Virus record (IMG/VR): IMGVR_UViG_3300030330_004289
Coordinates: 1-40,783 of that record
Length of the DNA stretch: 40,783 nt
Source: a virus
Lineage: Duplodnaviria; Caudoviricetes
Strand: one strand, 5' to 3'
The notes under the pieces were generated by a model, which had not been told where the DNA came from, made no database searches, and worked only from the letters and a program-made list of their open reading frames with translations. Made by a program: the position numbers and the translations under genes. This document shows, in pieces, positions 36,164 to 40,783 of this stretch (positions are counted from its first letter, which is position 1; each line of letters opens with the position of its first letter).

Positions 36164-37911
36164 AAAAGACAATATTCACAGTATTTATAATACTATTGTT
36201 GCCGTTATTGTTTCAGTCTTATCCTTTACAAATTCTAAAACTACAAACCTTTGATATGTTTGTTAAAGAATATGAGCCTAGTGGTAACTTTGCTATTCTC
36301 AATATTACACAAGAAGATATTTTTAAATCTGGTGGTTGGCCTTTTCCAAGACAGGAGCTTGCTCAAATACATGTAGATCTGCTTAATGCAGGTGCTATGG
36401 GAGTTGGTTGGGTAATCTCATTCCCACAGCCTGATCGTTTTGGCGGTGATGCTGTATTTTTAGAGGCATTAAATTATAGTCCTAGTGTCTTAGCAATGTT
36501 TGAGTACGACAACGGTTTTTATCCGCCAACTAGCGGTACTGTTTTACTTGGTGAAAATATAAGTGGTATCATGGCAAAGGGAGTTGTCTCGAACAGCCAC
36601 GATTACCTCCAAATCCCCCAAGGTCTGTCATCAGCTCCCACTGAAGTTGATAATCTTGTAAGACGGTTACCATTGTTAATGCAAACACCAGATGGTTTTG
36701 TCTCTTCGTATGGTACAGAAGTCTTAAAGGTCTTAGCTGGCGCCGATACTTACATCATTAAAGGCGATGAAAATGGCATGCAACAAATAACTGTGCAAGG
36801 GTTACCACCAGTCGACGTTGACCGCTTGGGCAGAAAATGGATAAGTTGGGTAAAAACCCCAGAAACCACATTAGATGAAATGAACGTCGATGGTAAGTTT
36901 GTTTTTGTCTCTGTAGATGCTCCAGGCGTGTATCCTCAAGTTGCAACTCCTGTCGGTTTGCTTGGTCCACACAAAGTTCAAGCAGCTTTAGCTGAGTCAA
37001 TTTTGATCCAAGATTCTCCAAAAATACCAGATTGGGCACTCGCAGCCGAAATTTTGATTTTCGCAATTTTTGTGCTCACAGTTTCGCTTGTATGCGCATA
37101 TCTTAGCATGACCAAGGCGTTAGCCTTCGGCGTCATTTTCATGGCCATGACAGGCTTCTTAGGCGTTTTTAGCATAAAAAATGGCATTTTACTGGACTTT
37201 TCATGGACTTTAGTGTCAGAATTTGTTGTTGGCAGCGTTATTTTCTATTTACGCTTCAGAAAAGAGTATTTATTACGCCAACAGATCAAAAAACAATTTG
37301 AACATTATTTAGATCCGCGACAAGTTAAACAACTTCAAGACAATCCAGACTTGTTAAAACTAGGTGGCGAGAAAAAATATTGCAGTTATCTTTTCACCGA
37401 TTTGCGCGGCTTCACTTCGTTAAGCGAAAAATTATCACCAGAGGAAGTTACAGATATTATGAACAAAACTTTGACTGTCCAGGTAAACGCAGTTCAAAAA
37501 TTAGGTGGCATGACAGACAAATTCATCGGCGATGCAGGCATGTTCATTTTTGGAGCGCCCTTAGATTGTGAAGATCACGAAACCAAAGTGGTACAAGCTG
37601 CAATAGATATACAAAAAGGCATAGCCGAACTAAACGAAACATTATCTACTCCGGTTGCAGTAGGCGTAGGCTGTCAGTCTGGATATGCAGTTATAGCTAA
37701 TATGGGATCAGATACTCGGTTTGATTATTCTGCTATTGGAGATCCTGTCAACACAGCTGCAAGGCTAGAGTCGGCAACCAAAGAAGTTGGTGTAGATATC
37801 TTAATTGGCGATCAAACTGCAAAAAATTGTAAAATTGTATTAAAATTACTAAAACCTATAAATGTTAAAGGTAAAAAAGATAAATTAACAATATGGACAG
37901 TCGATGAGTAA
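36160..37911 (+). CDS. CHASE2-domain class III adenylate cyclase
   Basis: G.WPFPR CHASE2, D..VRR.PL, TP.G...G...QA, three TM helices, FTDLRGFT.LSE, DKFIGDA, DYSAIGD.VN.AARLE. Confidence 0.95.
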   Translation: MKKTIFTVFIILLLPLLFQSYPLQILKLQTFDMFVKEYEPSGNFAILNITQEDIFKSGGWPFPRQELAQIHVDLLNAGAMGVGWVISFPQPDRFGGDAVFLEALNYSPSVLAMFEYDNGFYPPTSGTVLLGENISGIMAKGVVSNSHDYLQIPQGLSSAPTEVDNLVRRLPLLMQTPDGFVSSYGTEVLKVLAGADTYIIKGDENGMQQITVQGLPPVDVDRLGRKWISWVKTPETTLDEMNVDGKFVFVSVDAPGVYPQVATPVGLLGPHKVQAALAESILIQDSPKIPDWALAAEILIFAIFVLTVSLVCAYLSMTKALAFGVIFMAMTGFLGVFSIKNGILLDFSWTLVSEFVVGSVIFYLRFRKEYLLRQQIKKQFEHYLDPRQVKQLQDNPDLLKLGGEKKYCSYLFTDLRGFTSLSEKLSPEEVTDIMNKTLTVQVNAVQKLGGMTDKFIGDAGMFIFGAPLDCEDHETKVVQAAIDIQKGIAELNETLSTPVAVGVGCQSGYAVIANMGSDTRFDYSAIGDPVNTAARLESATKEVGVDILIGDQTAKNCKIVLKLLKPINVKGKKDKLTIWTVDE

Positions 37912-38299
37912 AATATTATTTGGGGTTGTAGGCGTATTGATTATGTTGTGTAGTTTTTTGTATTGGCAAAATAATAAATTATCTACACTGAATGACGCTT
38001 ACGCTGTAAGGGATAGTGAGCAAAAAGCGACAATTGAAAATTTACAAAATGATTTTACATTGCAAACAAACAGTTTGTTGGAGCTTCAGTCTAAGAACCA
38101 AGAAATTGAAGCAGAGATGTCAAGATACCTTGACATTTTTAAAAGACATAACTTGTCCAAATTAGCAATAGCTAAACCCGGACTTATTGAAACAAGGGTA
38201 AACAATGGAACTAAAGATGTATTTGATAGCATTGAAAAAGATACTGCTAGTATCGACGATCTTGATAACGGCTTGCAGTTGCAGCCTAATACCGACTAA
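37904..38299 (+). CDS. Inner-membrane spanin (Rz-like)
   Basis: N-terminal TM, periplasmic coiled coil, overlapped by a lipoprotein gene. Confidence 0.7.
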   Translation: MSKILFGVVGVLIMLCSFLYWQNNKLSTLNDAYAVRDSEQKATIENLQNDFTLQTNSLLELQSKNQEIEAEMSRYLDIFKRHNLSKLAIAKPGLIETRVNNGTKDVFDSIEKDTASIDDLDNGLQLQPNTD

Positions 38300-38594
38300 A
38301 AAAGTAGAGGTAATTAGTAAGCCAATAGAGCGCAAGATTGTGCAACCAATTCTTCCAAGAGCGGTAGCTTTACAAGAACCCTATTGGTATGTCGTATCGG
38401 AAAAGAATATTGATGAATTTCTGGAGCGCGTTGAAAAGGAACATGGCTCAGTAGTCTTTGTGGCTATGTCTGTACCTGACTACGAATTGATGGCATATAA
38501 TATGCAAGAGCTTAAAAGATATATTAAAGAGCTTAAAGAAGTAGTTATTTATTACAGAAAAGTAACAACAAACGAAGGAGAGGAGAATGAGTAA
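38205..38594 (+). CDS. Outer-membrane spanin lipoprotein (Rz1-like)
   Basis: Lipobox LITAC/CSC, Pro-rich segment, overlaps the i-spanin gene in another frame. Confidence 0.7.
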   Translation: MELKMYLIALKKILLVSTILITACSCSLIPTKKVEVISKPIERKIVQPILPRAVALQEPYWYVVSEKNIDEFLERVEKEHGSVVFVAMSVPDYELMAYNMQELKRYIKELKEVVIYYRKVTTNEGEENE

Positions 38595-38982
38595 ATCACC
38601 AGAGGCTTTTGTATATAAGTGCAAACTTCGATCTGTTACCGACGGGGACACAATTCGTCTAGAAACTATAGATCTTGGTTTTTCGGTACAATTACATAAT
38701 AAAGCAGTACGAATAGCCAAAATTGACACTCCGGAATCCCGGATCAACATTAAAAGATATCCTGAACGCACTAAAGAAAAGGAGCTTGGCTTATTAGCAA
38801 AAGCAAAATTGAAAGAGTGGTTGGTTGGTGATATAACATTAAGATCTTATGGAACAGATAAATATGGAAGAGTTTTAGGCGATGTATTCTGCGATCAAGG
38901 CAATGTTGCAGACTTGCTTAAAAAAGAAAACCTTGCAGTCGACTACGACGGCGGGAAGAAAACAAAAGTATGGGGAGAATAA
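38587..38982 (+). CDS. Thermonuclease (SNase-like)
   Basis: V.DGDT, VRIAKIDTPE, DKYGRVLG. Confidence 0.9.
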   Translation: MSKSPEAFVYKCKLRSVTDGDTIRLETIDLGFSVQLHNKAVRIAKIDTPESRINIKRYPERTKEKELGLLAKAKLKEWLVGDITLRSYGTDKYGRVLGDVFCDQGNVADLLKKENLAVDYDGGKKTKVWGE

Positions 38983-38983
38983 C

Positions 38984-39439
38984 ATGCAAATTTCAGAAGA
39001 AGGCAAACAATTAATTAAAAAGTTTGAAGGCTGTGAGCTAGAAGCCTATAAATGTGCCGCAGGAAAATGGACAATTGGCTATGGTCGAACTAAACAGGTA
39101 AAAGAAGGCGACGTTTGTACACAAGAACAGGCAGATCAATGGCTTTCTGAAGAGTTGCCTGTGTATGGTGCTTATGTCAGCGATGCTGTGTTAGTGCCGA
39201 TTAATCAGAACGAGTTTGATGCATTAGTAGCATGGACATATAACCTAGGTCCTTCAAATCTTAATAGCAGCACTATGTTAAAAGTTTTAAATGACAATAA
39301 AAAAGATGAGGTGCCACATCAAATGCGTAAATGGAACAAAGCCAGAGTAAACGGTGAAAAGGTTGTTTTACCAGGCTTAGAGCGTAGGAGACTGGCTGAA
39401 TCTTTGTTATTTGAAGGCAAGGAATGGCACGAAGTATAA
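38984..39439 (+). CDS. Endolysin, GH24 phage lysozyme
   Basis: MQISEEG..LIKKFEGC.LEAY.C.AG.WTIGYG, FDALV...YNLG, GL.RRR.AE; start after SD GGAG. Confidence 0.95.
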   Translation: MQISEEGKQLIKKFEGCELEAYKCAAGKWTIGYGRTKQVKEGDVCTQEQADQWLSEELPVYGAYVSDAVLVPINQNEFDALVAWTYNLGPSNLNSSTMLKVLNDNKKDEVPHQMRKWNKARVNGEKVVLPGLERRRLAESLLFEGKEWHEV

Positions 39440-39475
39440 CAGTATGTAATACTACAGCTAGGCGTAAAAAGCTTA

Positions 39476-39520
39476 GAGCTGAGTTGCAAAAAATATCGTC
39501 GCTACCTTGTTTCTCAGCTC
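39476..39520 (+). promoter_or_regulatory. Stem-loop directly upstream of terL
   Basis: GAGCTGAG/CTCAGCTC 8-bp inverted repeat ending 4 nt before the ATG. Confidence 0.45.
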
Positions 39521-39524
39521 GATT

Positions 39525-40783
39525 ATGAGCGACGTTTCTTTCAAAGACTTTGATATTTTATCTGAACAAGATAAAGCTGAGGCTGTAGCCTTATTACAAA
39601 GGTATGACCAATTAGAGAAGCAAGACGGTTGTCAAAGCGATTTTATTAGTTTTATTAAGCACATGTGGCCAGAGTTTATTGAAGGCAGACACCACAAAAT
39701 AATAGCTGATAAATTCAACAAGATTGCCGACGGTAAACTGAAAAGGTTAATTGTTTGTTTGCCACCTCGACACTCTAAGTCAGAGTTTGCATCAACCTTT
39801 TTTCCTGCTTGGATGATGGGCAGAAGAGGTAACTTAAAAATAATACAAACCACTCACACGGCTGAACTTGCAGTTAGGTTTGGTAGAAAGGTAAGAAACA
39901 TTATTGATAGCACCGAATATCAACACATTTTTCCTGAGCTTAAATTGCAGGCAGATAACAAATCAGCTGGGCGTTGGACAAGTAACCAAGAGGGTGAGTT
40001 CTTTGCTGCTGGTGTCGGCGGAGCTATTACAGGTCGTGGTGCGGATCTATTAATTATTGACGATCCACACTCCGAACAGGACGCGCTTTCACCCAAAGCT
40101 TTAGAATCAGCTTACGAATGGTACACATCTGGACCACGACAGCGTTTACAACCAGGCGGAATCATAGTGATAGTAATGACTAGATGGAGTACTAAAGATT
40201 TGGTTGGCAAAGTGCTTAACAAACAAGGCGACGAAAACGCCGATCAATGGGAAGTAGTTGAGTTTCCAGCAATCATGCCAGATTCAGAGAAGCCATTATG
40301 GCCTGAGTTTTGGAAAAAAGAGGAATTATTAGGAGTCAAAGCATCGCTGCCTATATCTAAATGGAATAGTCAATGGATGCAAAACCCCACAGCTGAGGAA
40401 GGATCTATTGTTAAAAGAGAGTGGTGGAATCGTTGGGAGGATGATGATGTGCCACCGTACAGCTACGTCATACAAAGCTATGATACTGCGTTCTCAAAAA
40501 AAGAAACAGCTGACTACTCAGCCATAACTACATGGGCGATCTTTAATCGTGGTGATGAAAATAATGACGAGATTATATTGCTTGATGCAAAAAGAGTGAG
40601 ATGTGACTTTCCAGAGTTAAAAAAACTAGCTTTGGAGGAGTATAGATATTGGGAACCAGATTGTGTACTCATTGAAGCAAAAGCTTCTGGTACTCCGCTA
40701 ACACATGAATTAAGACGCATGGGAATACCAGTTACTTCATATACACCAAGCCGAGGACAGGACAAGGTAGCGCGTATGAATAG
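39525..40783 (+). CDS. terL: Terminase large subunit (3'-partial)
   Basis: Not in the ORF track because it has no stop in the window. KRLIVCLPPRHSKSE Walker A, GAITGRGADLLIIDDP Walker B, MTRW, QSYDTAF...ETADYSA nuclease, IEAKASG. Confidence 0.96.
   Translation, partial: MSDVSFKDFDILSEQDKAEAVALLQRYDQLEKQDGCQSDFISFIKHMWPEFIEGRHHKIIADKFNKIADGKLKRLIVCLPPRHSKSEFASTFFPAWMMGRRGNLKIIQTTHTAELAVRFGRKVRNIIDSTEYQHIFPELKLQADNKSAGRWTSNQEGEFFAAGVGGAITGRGADLLIIDDPHSEQDALSPKALESAYEWYTSGPRQRLQPGGIIVIVMTRWSTKDLVGKVLNKQGDENADQWEVVEFPAIMPDSEKPLWPEFWKKEELLGVKASLPISKWNSQWMQNPTAEEGSIVKREWWNRWEDDDVPPYSYVIQSYDTAFSKKETADYSAITTWAIFNRGDENNDEIILLDAKRVRCDFPELKKLALEEYRYWEPDCVLIEAKASGTPLTHELRRMGIPVTSYTPSRGQDKVARMN

Larger units (their letters stand above)
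1..40783. mobile_element. Tailed bacteriophage genome fragment (podovirus-like, probably marine, Gram-negative host)
   Basis: TerS, TerL, tail fibre with S74 chaperone, ejection-type proteins, endolysin, spanins and primase-helicase; dense overlapping genes; no host genes seen. Confidence 0.96.

Noticed and set aside
36160-37911. Pycsar/CBASS-type defence cyclase
   Set aside because: CHASE2 plus TM receptor architecture with ATP-type residues and no adjacent cyclic-nucleotide-binding effector
38882-38983. N-terminal extension (SAR or signal) on the endolysin
   Set aside because: Hydrophilic, overlaps the nuclease gene, and a good SD precedes ATG 38984
406-40765. Many antisense and alternate-frame ORFs in the track (e.g. 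5384-5968, 6176-6706, 29755-30102, 40514-40765)
   Set aside because: They shadow well-supported genes, mirror their repeats, and show no motifs or RBS

Overview
The whole window reads as most of one tailed-phage genome, probably a marine short-tailed (podovirus-like) phage of a Gram-negative host. I see no host housekeeping genes, tRNA or CRISPR. Order: tail and internal-virion (DNA ejection) genes (1-12 kb); RHH regulator, PLOD-like 2OG-Fe(II) oxygenase, RecE-like exonuclease, SSB-like protein, TOPRIM-VirE primase-helicase, DNA methyltransferase and an iteron-like origin (12-18.5 kb); terminase small subunit, a polyvalent-type protein, Holliday-junction nuclease, SET domain, second oxygenase, small early genes, serine recombinase and a zeta-toxin-domain protein (18.6-26.4 kb); tail fibres (26.4-32.3 kb); a lysis region containing a csgF-csgG-curlin-like-FecR-CHASE2 adenylate cyclase block (32.3-39.4 kb); and a terminase large subunit running off the right edge. 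Portal and capsid genes are not recognised and probably lie outside the window. The two best candidates for new biology are (i) the curli-secretion plus cAMP-signalling cassette inside the lysis module and (ii) two stand-alone enzyme/toxin genes that carry the same short terminal motifs as the ejection proteins and have leaderless-type promoters, suggesting virion-packaged, injected effectors. All calls come from motif recognition by eye; no searches were run.
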